DNA from: Armatimonadota bacterium | GTDB lineage: Bacteria > Armatimonadota > HRBIN16 | Reading direction: 5' to 3' | DNA length: 64,000 nucleotides | Assembly: GCA_963677485.1 (NCBI GenBank) | Contig: OY781964.1 | Coordinates: forward strand, 3,776,001 to 3,840,000 | In this document: positions 1 through 9,218 of the stretch, in pieces | Numbering within the stretch: the first letter of the stretch is position 1 | Layout of the letters: the number at the start of each line of letters is the position of its first letter | Position numbers and translations under genes: made by a program | Notes under the pieces: generated by a model | What the model was told of the DNA's origin: nothing | Database searches by the model: none | What the model saw: the letters and a program-made list of their open reading frames with translations, nothing else

Positions 1-1692
1 GTTGAAAACAAAGGTGCCGAGGCGGTGTCGCGGGTTGACCTCAGCTCCTCATGGGGTGATGGTGAGGCGATGGGCGGCTTATGGGTGCCAGATGGTGATA
101 TCAGACCGTATATGATCACTCTGAAGCAGGGCCAAGCCGACACCGTGGAGCTGAGCGTGATGCAGGGCAAGCCGGCTGTGAAAGTACCCGTTAGGAAACT
201 GGGCACCGCCACCCTGCGGGTGAGCATGATGGCTGACGGCAAGCTGTGGCCTGCCCGGGCCAGCGTGTATGGTGCAGATGGCGTGTTGAGATATGCCGGC
301 GCATACTCCGAGAACAACACACTCTCCTATAAACCGGTACTGGGTGTGGATACCCGACCCATCCAGTATCGGCTGCCGTTCTTCTACACCGATGGCGAGT
401 TGGAGATCACCGTGCCTGCGGGCCCTGTGACCGTACAAATGGAGCGGGGATTCGAGCATCCCATCGTGACAAAGCGCAGAACGCTCCGAGCCGGGCAGAA
501 AGTGGGCATGAGGCTTGACAGCCGACGTGAAGTTGACATGAAGGCCCGCGGTTGGGTATCCGGTGACACCCATGTGCATTGGGCAAAGAATAGTTGGGAT
601 GTGAATGAGGACATCACCCTGTTGGGGATGGTGCAGCGGGCGGAAGACCTGCGGGTGGTGAACAACCTGACGCTAAAGCACTGGGTGCGCGGCACGAATG
701 TGCGGTTTGTGGCTCCGACACAGTATCCCATGGGGCCAGTTCCTGGTATGTGCGACCAGGAATACCACATTCAAATGGCTGAGGAGTTCCGTAACCAGGC
801 GTGGTACGGACATATCAATCTGCTGGCTATCAAGAAACTCATCGAGCCGATCTCCACTGGTCCGGACATGGGCGATATGGCTGACTACCCCAACAATGTT
901 CCAGCCATCGACGAGACGCACCGGCAAGGCGGCATCGTGTGTGAGGCGCACGGGCTTGGCTTAAACTGGGATGTGCCCGTGAATGTGATCAACGGCAAGA
1001 TCGACTGCCTCGACCAGATGATGGAGTTGGATTACTACCGCTTCCTGGACTGCGGTTTTCGCCTGCCACTGGGCAACGGATCCGATCACCCGGCCCGCGT
1101 GGCTGGGGTCGCTCGTATGTATGTGCTCAACGCGGCTGGTGGTCTGCATGACGGCTGGATTCAGGGCATCCGTAACCGGGCGATCTTTGTGACTTCAGGG
1201 GCACTGATTGGTCTGACGGTAGATGGCAAGCCCATCGGCGAGCTGATGACTCTGCAGAAGGGCCAGAAGGTGCGAATTCAAGCTTGGGGACGCAGCCGAC
1301 GGGAACTGGGCACACTGCAGATTGTGGTGAACGGCAAAGTGGTGGCGCAGAAGAGCACCAAGGGCCACACGGCAGAGCTGGATGTGAATCTGGCAATCGA
1401 CGAACCGAGCTGGGTCTGCGCCCGGTGCAGCCCGATCCCGTGGTCATACTGGGTGTTCACTGGTGCCGACATCGCCCATACCAGCGCCATCTACCTGGAC
1501 GTGGAGGGCCGTCGCCGGTTTAATGCGAAGGCTGCGATCTGGTTTGCGAAGCAGATGCAGCAACACGCAGGTGATGTGGAAGCCAAAGCGCTGTTCGACA
1601 CGGCGGATCAGCGGCGTGAGAGTGTCGACTACATCCGCAAAGGCGCCGAGGCCTACCGGCTGCTGGTCAAGCAAAAGGGATATAAATCGTGA
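1..1692 (+). CDS. CehA/McbA-type (PHP-like) metallohydrolase, probably 5'-truncated by the window edge
   Basis: Frame open from window start; GWVSGDTHVH, EEFR..GHINLL and GNGSDH metal-binding motifs. Confidence 0.7.
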   Translation, partial: VENKGAEAVSRVDLSSSWGDGEAMGGLWVPDGDIRPYMITLKQGQADTVELSVMQGKPAVKVPVRKLGTATLRVSMMADGKLWPARASVYGADGVLRYAGAYSENNTLSYKPVLGVDTRPIQYRLPFFYTDGELEITVPAGPVTVQMERGFEHPIVTKRRTLRAGQKVGMRLDSRREVDMKARGWVSGDTHVHWAKNSWDVNEDITLLGMVQRAEDLRVVNNLTLKHWVRGTNVRFVAPTQYPMGPVPGMCDQEYHIQMAEEFRNQAWYGHINLLAIKKLIEPISTGPDMGDMADYPNNVPAIDETHRQGGIVCEAHGLGLNWDVPVNVINGKIDCLDQMMELDYYRFLDCGFRLPLGNGSDHPARVAGVARMYVLNAAGGLHDGWIQGIRNRAIFVTSGALIGLTVDGKPIGELMTLQKGQKVRIQAWGRSRRELGTLQIVVNGKVVAQKSTKGHTAELDVNLAIDEPSWVCARCSPIPWSYWVFTGADIAHTSAIYLDVEGRRRFNAKAAIWFAKQMQQHAGDVEAKALFDTADQRRESVDYIRKGAEAYRLLVKQKGYKS

Positions 1693-4600
1693 AGTTGTTT
1701 TCGGTAATGGTGCTTTGGGCGGCGCTCTGCTCGTGTTCGATGGCGCAGGTACAGTGGGATGTGCAGAATGGCTATCTATGTGCCCATGAGGGGCAGACCC
1801 GCCTGCTGGTGCCTGCCGCCGCGGGGGCAGTGGATGCCATCGTCGATGGAGTGCCGGTGATGAACGGCAAAGCGGTGGTGTCGGTGAAGCGGCCTGTTGA
1901 GAGTCGAATTGAGGTGATCTACGCCACACCAAACGGCCGTCTGCGTGATATCTACAATCGGTTTCCCAAGCTGGGAGATCAAGCCTGGCAAAGACAGGTG
2001 TGCTACACCAACACCTCAGATAAGCCTCAGCGGTTGTCTGGTGTCACCATGCGCGCCTGCCCCGCGATCACCGACAGGCCGGATGTGTGGCGTCCCAAGA
2101 CCTTTTGGATGGGCCGCGTCTCAGCGACGAGGTTCCTTGCGGTTGGGTTCACCAGCGACGAAGATATGTATACCTTCCAGGAGCACAAACAGCCTGCCGC
2201 AACTGGCCCGCTGACCCGTCAGATTGTCGACACCGGCGTGAACGCAGTCTATACACTAAAGCCCGGTCAGAGTGCATGGGCGGGAACCCAGAGCATCTGG
2301 CTGAGCGGGAATGGTCACACAATACAGAGTGAATACCGTGTGCAGGCCCAGCAATTTTACCGTGCGGTCGGCATCACGCTGGTGGCGAATGCGCCAAAAT
2401 GGCTGCCAGGAGCGATCTACTACAAAACCACTCCAGGCGGTACCATCGAAAGCCGCTCCAGTGATATCGGCGGATTTGCCAACTACAGCCGTCAGCTGGA
2501 CTATCTGGCGGATATGGGGCTGGATGCCATCATGTATCACTCGATCACCCAGCACAAGTTCGGCACCGACCCTCAGACGGGCGGCTGGAATGTGTATGGG
2601 ATCACGGACTACGACAACATCGACATCATCAACGGCGGGGCGAAAGCGTTCAAGGCGCTGGCCGATGGCACACGAGATCGCGGCGTCCGGGTGATGAGCG
2701 AGCTCTGCTTGAACGGCTACTACAGCGTGAAAGCCGGATTTACCGGCACAGAGAACGCGCACCTGCAACGATGGTGGACCGTGGGGCATGATGGCAAGCA
2801 GTTGAAGAGTTTCGGTGGAGCCAGTATGGACTACAGCAGCCGTGAGTGGCAGCGGGCGATGGCCAAAGTGGCTCTGCGCTATCAAAGCGAGTTCGGCATC
2901 GAGGGGATGCGGCTGGATTTGGGCAGTGGATCAGGCGATAATTATGGGTCTATCTACACTAACCATCACAGCCTCTCCAATCTGGGCGGTTCATTGCAGA
3001 TGTTGAAGGCGATCAGCCAAAGCGCCAAGCTGGGTGACACCGCCTCTGTAATCATGAGCGAAGACATGGTGCACCAGCCCGAACGGTATCGCTACACGCC
3101 GCTGCTGTACGGGTTTGAGAATAAGCAGTTGCTTTCTCAACAGTTCCCATCTGATCTTTCCGATGCCCGCACGATGGTGCAACGGCTGACCGACTGGTAC
3201 GCGACCGAGTATGGCTCGATGCCAGAGGGTGGTCAGGTGATGAGCACCTTGAACGGATTGAATGAAGTCGTGGCACTGGGACGCGCCAGTTTTCGGTACG
3301 GGTATGGCCTTCAGCGTGCTCTTTACGGAGCATTGTTGGGGGTGCCGGGAGTGCTGCAGATGCACCAGGAAGAGGAATCGGGCAGTTACTTCGCCTACCA
3401 GGCGATGAATCGCGCGCGAATGGAGAGCCCGGAACTGCACACCGACTGGGCCGACTACCGCAGCGTGATCTTCCAACCCGAGGTTTTTACCGTGCTGCGG
3501 GGCACGAAGAGTAAGGCACTGTGCCTGAGCAACCTGTCGGGCAAAGCGGTGAAGGGCGAGGTGTGTCTGCCCGGCTGGCTGCGGCTGGATGGTCGGCCTG
3601 TGCACGACATGGTGGGCCGCAGGCAGGTGGGTGTCGTGCGGTCGCACCGCTTCAGTCTGAAGATGGAAGCCTATCAGACGATGGTCTGCCGGTTTGAGCT
3701 ACCTGCGCCGGTTCTGAAGGTCATCAAGTATGCGGGGCAGGAGTTGAGCGCAGAGGCCACCGCCAAGCCGTTCCACCTCGCCTTTTTGCAGGATCGTGTG
3801 GAGATAGACAGCGGATTGCTGCGAGCCCAGTTGGTGATGCCCACGGGATGGAGCCAAACCTCAGATGGCGTATACGGCGTTGCTGATGGTCAGTGCAGGA
3901 TTGTGCGTGACGGAGATGGCTGGAATGTCAGCATGGAGTTGAAACCAGGCGCGGATGCGCCTGTGTTGAGGGTGCTCAACACCGATGAATGGTTGGTCTC
4001 TGGCCGAACCGCGCTGCTGCACGACCGGCTGATCAGGCGCCATTTCCCATGGCCTGCCGACACGGGCTACCACTGGGATCGCACGATGACCTGGGGTGCT
4101 TTGCAGTGGGGCGGATTGTATAACAATGTGTTCCCCACTGGTCGGCTCTGGCAAAGCATCATTGAGCCGCTGCACCCCGACAAGCCAGGTCTGGGCTTTG
4201 TCCGCGGTGACGGGCGGCTGTTGGTCGACAGCATCCAAAGCAATGCACAGAACATAGTGCTGACCGACCGCACCGATGAGGCCATCAACACGCCGTATGG
4301 CCTTGATCTGCGATTCTTGTCAGTCGACCGTGACCTAAGTGCGCGTGTCGCGCGGTTCGGTTTTGACCTATGGTGGAACACGGAAGATTCCCAACTGGGG
4401 GCTTCTGAGCAGCCCGTGAAGGTGAATTTTCGCATCAGCGCCGGAGATGTGGTACCGGCACTGTCCGCTGCACGTCAGGCTCCAATCAACCGCAACAGTG
4501 AGATTGAGCGCAAGGGCGAGCAGATCGTGATGGCGGAGAACTCAGCGGTGTTCTTCGTGCAGCCAGGCGAGATCAGTTGGCGGTTCCCTGAGTATGCGAA

Positions 4601-4877
4601 GGGACGCTATCAGGTGCGGATGCTGCTCCTGCGAAGCGGTCTGTCAGCAGACGGCAGCGATATGGAGCCGTTCTATACGCTGCTGGTCAATGGGAAGCCG
4701 CAGCCCATCACCTGGGGCAAGAAGAACATCAGCAGTCAGGGCAACGCCTACTTCGGCTACGGCACAACCCCGGTGGTCGATTTGTCCGACGGGAAGCCGC
4801 ATGTGCTCACGCTGCGCATGAGCTCTACATGGCAGGCCGTCCAGCCCTACCTTACACTGATCAACGCGTCGGAATAG
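1689..4877 (+). CDS. Secreted multidomain protein with a degenerate GH13/alpha-amylase-like catalytic domain
   Basis: Signal peptide; LDYLADMGLDAI, YGITDY..ID...GG..AFKAL, GIEGMRLDLG and IMSED resemble GH13 conserved regions; GTGA/TAA overlap with the upstream gene. Confidence 0.6.
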   Translation: MKLFSVMVLWAALCSCSMAQVQWDVQNGYLCAHEGQTRLLVPAAAGAVDAIVDGVPVMNGKAVVSVKRPVESRIEVIYATPNGRLRDIYNRFPKLGDQAWQRQVCYTNTSDKPQRLSGVTMRACPAITDRPDVWRPKTFWMGRVSATRFLAVGFTSDEDMYTFQEHKQPAATGPLTRQIVDTGVNAVYTLKPGQSAWAGTQSIWLSGNGHTIQSEYRVQAQQFYRAVGITLVANAPKWLPGAIYYKTTPGGTIESRSSDIGGFANYSRQLDYLADMGLDAIMYHSITQHKFGTDPQTGGWNVYGITDYDNIDIINGGAKAFKALADGTRDRGVRVMSELCLNGYYSVKAGFTGTENAHLQRWWTVGHDGKQLKSFGGASMDYSSREWQRAMAKVALRYQSEFGIEGMRLDLGSGSGDNYGSIYTNHHSLSNLGGSLQMLKAISQSAKLGDTASVIMSEDMVHQPERYRYTPLLYGFENKQLLSQQFPSDLSDARTMVQRLTDWYATEYGSMPEGGQVMSTLNGLNEVVALGRASFRYGYGLQRALYGALLGVPGVLQMHQEEESGSYFAYQAMNRARMESPELHTDWADYRSVIFQPEVFTVLRGTKSKALCLSNLSGKAVKGEVCLPGWLRLDGRPVHDMVGRRQVGVVRSHRFSLKMEAYQTMVCRFELPAPVLKVIKYAGQELSAEATAKPFHLAFLQDRVEIDSGLLRAQLVMPTGWSQTSDGVYGVADGQCRIVRDGDGWNVSMELKPGADAPVLRVLNTDEWLVSGRTALLHDRLIRRHFPWPADTGYHWDRTMTWGALQWGGLYNNVFPTGRLWQSIIEPLHPDKPGLGFVRGDGRLLVDSIQSNAQNIVLTDRTDEAINTPYGLDLRFLSVDRDLSARVARFGFDLWWNTEDSQLGASEQPVKVNFRISAGDVVPALSAARQAPINRNSEIERKGEQIVMAENSAVFFVQPGEISWRFPEYAKGRYQVRMLLLRSGLSADGSDMEPFYTLLVNGKPQPITWGKKNISSQGNAYFGYGTTPVVDLSDGKPHVLTLRMSSTWQAVQPYLTLINASE

Positions 4878-4885
4878 ACCGGCTG

Positions 4886-4914
4886 TTGTGCCCTGTAGCT
4901 ACCCGGTGTATAAT
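4886..4914 (+). promoter_or_regulatory. sigma70-type promoter for the GH36 array
   Basis: TTGTGC-N17-TATAAT. Confidence 0.55.
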
Positions 4915-4929
4915 CATCTTTGAGTGTGC

Positions 4930-4977
4930 TGCGGATGGGTCGGTATAAATGCGATGTTGTCCGCAGTTTTATCTTTA
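4930..4977 (+). terminator. Terminator-like hairpin with U-tract in the GH36 leader
   Basis: CTGCGGA...TCCGCAG followed by TTTTATCTTT. Confidence 0.4.
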
Positions 4978-5001
4978 TGTGCGAGGTTAACCGATTAACC
5001 A

Positions 5002-7062
5002 ATGAAGCAAATATCGACGCTGTTGGCCATCATACTTCTTATGATGCTGCCTGCGGTCATGACAAGGAGTGTAGAAGTGCAAAATAATAGTGTTCAGTTG
5101 GTGCAGACATCCGAGCCCACTGGCTGGTTTTACAACATCACTAAAGAGAAAGGGGCAAGGCCGGCATCGCTGCCATTCTCATTCATATGCAATGGCCAGC
5201 ACTCTTCGGAATGGCTGGCTGGATGCGAGTTCTCCCGGAGTGCGAAACAGCTTGATAACTCGCGTCATGAGATCACGCTGGTATACTCCGATAAGCTCAC
5301 CGGCTTGACCCTGCGTTGTGTCGCGGTGGAATACCTCGATTTCCCCACGGTAGAGTGGACGCTCCATTTCAGGAATGAAGGCACGGCCGACACGCCTATA
5401 CTGGAGAACATCCAGCCGCTGGATTTGAATTTCGCCAGGCAGGCGGATGCCAAAGATGAGTTTTTGCTTCATCATGCCAGGGGCTCTGTCTCCGGTCCGA
5501 ATGACTACGAGCCTTTCAGCAAGCCGCTGCCGCCAGAGACCAAATGCCAGTTCGATGCCCTCAACGGCAAACCATCCTGGGGTGAGTGGCCTTATTACAA
5601 CCTGGAATGGGGGAGCGGCGGAGCCATCATCGCCATCGGCTGGCCCGGTTCCTGGAGTTCCCGGTTCACCCGAAATGCGGGCACACAGTTGCATATTCAA
5701 GCTGGACAGCAGAAGACCCATTTTCGGCTCCATCCGCAGGAAGAGGTGCGAAGCCCGCTGATTGTGGTGCAGCGGTATGAGGGCGATTGGCTGGCGGGAC
5801 AGAACATATGGCGACGATGGATGTGGGCCCATATCATACCTCGGCCAGGCGGCAAGATGCTGCAGCCGATGACAGGTGGGTTTGACGGTTATTACTTCCC
5901 CGATCTACAGATTACCGAGAAGGGCGAGAAGCAGGCGATCGACCGATACGCAGAGGAACGCCTGCTGCCGGACTGCTGGTGGGTGGATGCCGGTTGGTTC
6001 CAGATGACCGATGCGAAGGGCGTTTCCTCGTTCTGGAACGCAGGCACCTGGGATATCGAGACCAAGCGGCTTCCAGACGGCTTGCGTCCTGTATTTGATC
6101 ATGCAAAGTCCAAGGGTATCGGGAAGGGCATCCTGTGGTTTGAACCGGAGCGTGTGGCTCCAGGCCGATGGCTGTCGGAACAGCATCCTGAATGGTTATC
6201 GGGGCGCGAGGGGCAGTACAAGCTGCTGAACCTGGGCAACCCCGAGGCCTGGGATTGGGTGACCAACATGGTCGACAAGACGTTGAAGGATGCTGGGATC
6301 ACCATCTACCGTGAGGACTTCAACTTTGGCCCATTGGATTGCTGGACATACAATGAGCCTGAGGACCGGCAGGGGATCAACGAGATTAAGCATGTGACAG
6401 GCCATCTTGCGTTCTGGAAAGAGCTGCTCAAGCGTGATCCAAACCGGATGATAGACACCTGCGCTTCGGGTGGTCATCGGCTCGATATCGAAACCCTTCG
6501 CCTCTCGGTTCCGCTCTGGCGCAGTGACTGTTCCTGGGATCCCATCGGTATGCAGTGCATCACGTATGGACTATCGCTTTGGGTGCCCTATCAGGGCACA
6601 GGCGTCGTCTCTGACGATCCGTACGTGATGCGCAGCGATATGACGCCCTTCTTCTTGATGTCATGGGACATGAACCGCAAGGACATCGACTTCGACCGTC
6701 TCCGTAAACTGATGGCTGAGTGGCATAAGATCAGCAAATACTACAAGGGTGACTTCTACCCATTGTCGGCATACAGCCTGTCCAACACGGCGTGGATGGC
6801 GTGGCAATACAACTGTCCAGAAGATAATGCAGGAATGGTTCAGGTGTTTCGTCGTGCCGACAGCCCGTACATATCGGCCCAATTTGTGCTCAAGGGGCTT
6901 GACGCCTCCGCGGAGTACCGAGTGGTCAACGCCGGTACGGGCAGCAGTAGCGTGTATACGGGCAAAAAGCTGATGGGCGAAGGCTTCACCGCCAGCATCA
7001 AGGCCATGCCTGGAGCGACAACCTATATCTACACCAAACGGCAAGCGGCCAAACCTAGATAG
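5002..7062 (+). CDS. Secreted GH36-like alpha-galactosidase, paralog 1
   Basis: Signal peptide; WWVDAGW, LWFEPE, IYREDFN (nucleophile Asp), CASGGHR, WRSD (acid/base Asp). Confidence 0.8.
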   Translation: MKQISTLLAIILLMMLPAVMTRSVEVQNNSVQLVQTSEPTGWFYNITKEKGARPASLPFSFICNGQHSSEWLAGCEFSRSAKQLDNSRHEITLVYSDKLTGLTLRCVAVEYLDFPTVEWTLHFRNEGTADTPILENIQPLDLNFARQADAKDEFLLHHARGSVSGPNDYEPFSKPLPPETKCQFDALNGKPSWGEWPYYNLEWGSGGAIIAIGWPGSWSSRFTRNAGTQLHIQAGQQKTHFRLHPQEEVRSPLIVVQRYEGDWLAGQNIWRRWMWAHIIPRPGGKMLQPMTGGFDGYYFPDLQITEKGEKQAIDRYAEERLLPDCWWVDAGWFQMTDAKGVSSFWNAGTWDIETKRLPDGLRPVFDHAKSKGIGKGILWFEPERVAPGRWLSEQHPEWLSGREGQYKLLNLGNPEAWDWVTNMVDKTLKDAGITIYREDFNFGPLDCWTYNEPEDRQGINEIKHVTGHLAFWKELLKRDPNRMIDTCASGGHRLDIETLRLSVPLWRSDCSWDPIGMQCITYGLSLWVPYQGTGVVSDDPYVMRSDMTPFFLMSWDMNRKDIDFDRLRKLMAEWHKISKYYKGDFYPLSAYSLSNTAWMAWQYNCPEDNAGMVQVFRRADSPYISAQFVLKGLDASAEYRVVNAGTGSSSVYTGKKLMGEGFTASIKAMPGATTYIYTKRQAAKPR

Positions 7063-7063
7063 G

Positions 7064-9163
7064 ATGACGTTATTAATGAAGTCGACGGCGGCCTTACTCA
7101 TGATGATCGTGTTGACGATTGTTCCAGCATTTGGATGGAGTGGTGATATGTCTCAGAATGATGTTACCAAAGTAGATTGCGCCAGCAGTCGCTGGTTCGA
7201 CAGCCTAACTCGGGCCACAGATGCGCGTCCGCAGGCTGTGCCATTTTCATTTACTTACAATGGAAAGCCTTCCTCGGAGTGGCTAGATAGCTGCCGGTTT
7301 GAGCGTTCCACGAAGCAGCTTGATGCGAACCGCAAGCAGCATACCTTGAGCTTCACCGACACAGCCACCGGGCTGGTTCTGACATGCGTCGCGGTGGATT
7401 ACCTGGATTTTCCAACGGTTGAGTGGACGCTCTATTTCAAGAATAGTGGCTCTGCAGACACGCCGATCATCGAGAATATCCAGGCTCTCAACCTGCGCAT
7501 TGAGAAGAAGCCCGTCGCTGATGACGAATATGTGCTTCACCACAACAACGGCACATTAGTGACTACCATCAACGTGCCCGCCGGCATACGCGACTATGAG
7601 CCGCTGACCACAGCACTCACGCCAGGCAAGAAGATGGCGTTTATCCCGCCTCAGGGGCGGCCGTGTGCCGGGGAGTGGCCGTACTACAACCTCGCCTGGA
7701 AGGGCGGGGGAGCCATCATCGTGGTGGGTTGGCCGGGTTCCTGGGCGGCTCGGTTCACGTGTGACGATGGCAACGGCTTGCAGGTGAGTGCCGGTCAGCA
7801 GAAGACGCATTTCGTGCTTCATCCTCAGGAGGAAGTCAGGAGCCCGTTGATCGTGGTGCAGCGCTACCAGGGTGATTGGATAGATGGACAGAACATCTGG
7901 CGCAGGTGGATGTTTGCACACAATATGCCGCGGCCGGGAGGCAAGCTGCCTGAGCCGATGACCGGCGCGTCGGACTGTGACTATGTGGCTGACATGGCCG
8001 TTGATGCCCAGCGAGAGATGCGCTCTATGGACCGTCACGCAGAGGAAAAGCTTCTTCCAGACTGCTGGTGGATTGACGCGGGCTGGTACAAGATGACCGA
8101 TGAGAACGGTGTGAAGTCCTACACCTACACCGGCACCTGGGAGGTGGATACCGATCGGTTCCCTAATGGTCTACGCCCAGTATTCGACTATGCCAAATCC
8201 AAGGGTATCGGTAAGGGCATCGTCTGGTTTGAGCCGGAGCGTGTGGCTCCTAAGCGGTGGCTCTATACGGAAAGGCCCCAATGGCTTCTCGGCCGTGAAG
8301 GCGAATACAAACTGTTGAACATGGGCAACCCAGAGGCTCTAGCCTGGGTGACCGACATGGTCGACAAGACGATGAACGACGGTGGTTTCACGATCTACCG
8401 CGAAGACTTCAATTTCGGACCATCCGACTGCTGGACCTATCACGAAGCCGAAAACAGGCAGGGTATCAACGAAATCAAGCATGTGACCGGACATCTGGCG
8501 TTCTGGACGGAGCTGCTCAGACGTAACCCCAACCGCATGATCGATACCTGCGCCTCCGGTGGGCACCGGCTGGACATCGAGACGCTGCGGCTGTCTGTGC
8601 CTCTGTGGCGTACTGACTACCCGCATGAACCGGTAGGGGCTCAAGGGATGACCTACGGACTGTCGATGTGGGTTCCATACAGCGGCACCGGCGTGCGGTC
8701 GGATGACCCCTACGTGGTGCGTAGCGATATGGCGCCATTCTTTGTTCTGACCTGGAATATGTTCAGCAAGGATGTCGACTACCCTGAGCTGCGGAAACTC
8801 ATGGCTGAGTGGCGCTCGATTAACCAATACTATAGAGGCGACTTCTACCCGCTGACGGAGTATAGCGCGTCGAATGCTGTCTGGATCGGCTGGCAGTTCC
8901 ATCGGATAGATATCGACGCCGGTATTGTGCAGCTATTCCGCCGTGCAGATTGCCCATATATTTCTGCCAGCTTCAAACTCAAGGGACTGGATCCGACCAG
9001 CGACTACCGTGTGACCAACGCCGAAACCGGAAAGAGCGTCATGCGGTCTGGTAAGCAGCTCATGGATGAGGGGCTGATCGGCACCATTGCCAAAAGACCG
9101 GGAGCGGTGAACTACATCTACACCAAACGCAAGCTCAGCAAGGCGAGAGCTGGTAACCAATGA
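7064..9163 (+). CDS. Secreted GH36-like alpha-galactosidase, paralog 2
   Basis: Same motifs (WWIDAGW, YREDFN, CASGGHR, WRTD); signal peptide. Confidence 0.8.
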   Translation: MTLLMKSTAALLMMIVLTIVPAFGWSGDMSQNDVTKVDCASSRWFDSLTRATDARPQAVPFSFTYNGKPSSEWLDSCRFERSTKQLDANRKQHTLSFTDTATGLVLTCVAVDYLDFPTVEWTLYFKNSGSADTPIIENIQALNLRIEKKPVADDEYVLHHNNGTLVTTINVPAGIRDYEPLTTALTPGKKMAFIPPQGRPCAGEWPYYNLAWKGGGAIIVVGWPGSWAARFTCDDGNGLQVSAGQQKTHFVLHPQEEVRSPLIVVQRYQGDWIDGQNIWRRWMFAHNMPRPGGKLPEPMTGASDCDYVADMAVDAQREMRSMDRHAEEKLLPDCWWIDAGWYKMTDENGVKSYTYTGTWEVDTDRFPNGLRPVFDYAKSKGIGKGIVWFEPERVAPKRWLYTERPQWLLGREGEYKLLNMGNPEALAWVTDMVDKTMNDGGFTIYREDFNFGPSDCWTYHEAENRQGINEIKHVTGHLAFWTELLRRNPNRMIDTCASGGHRLDIETLRLSVPLWRTDYPHEPVGAQGMTYGLSMWVPYSGTGVRSDDPYVVRSDMAPFFVLTWNMFSKDVDYPELRKLMAEWRSINQYYRGDFYPLTEYSASNAVWIGWQFHRIDIDAGIVQLFRRADCPYISASFKLKGLDPTSDYRVTNAETGKSVMRSGKQLMDEGLIGTIAKRPGAVNYIYTKRKLSKARAGNQ

Positions 9164-9218
9164 TCGAAGCGCACAGAATGCAGACGCGTGTTTCGGTATA
9201 GAAACGGGGAGCAGCACA

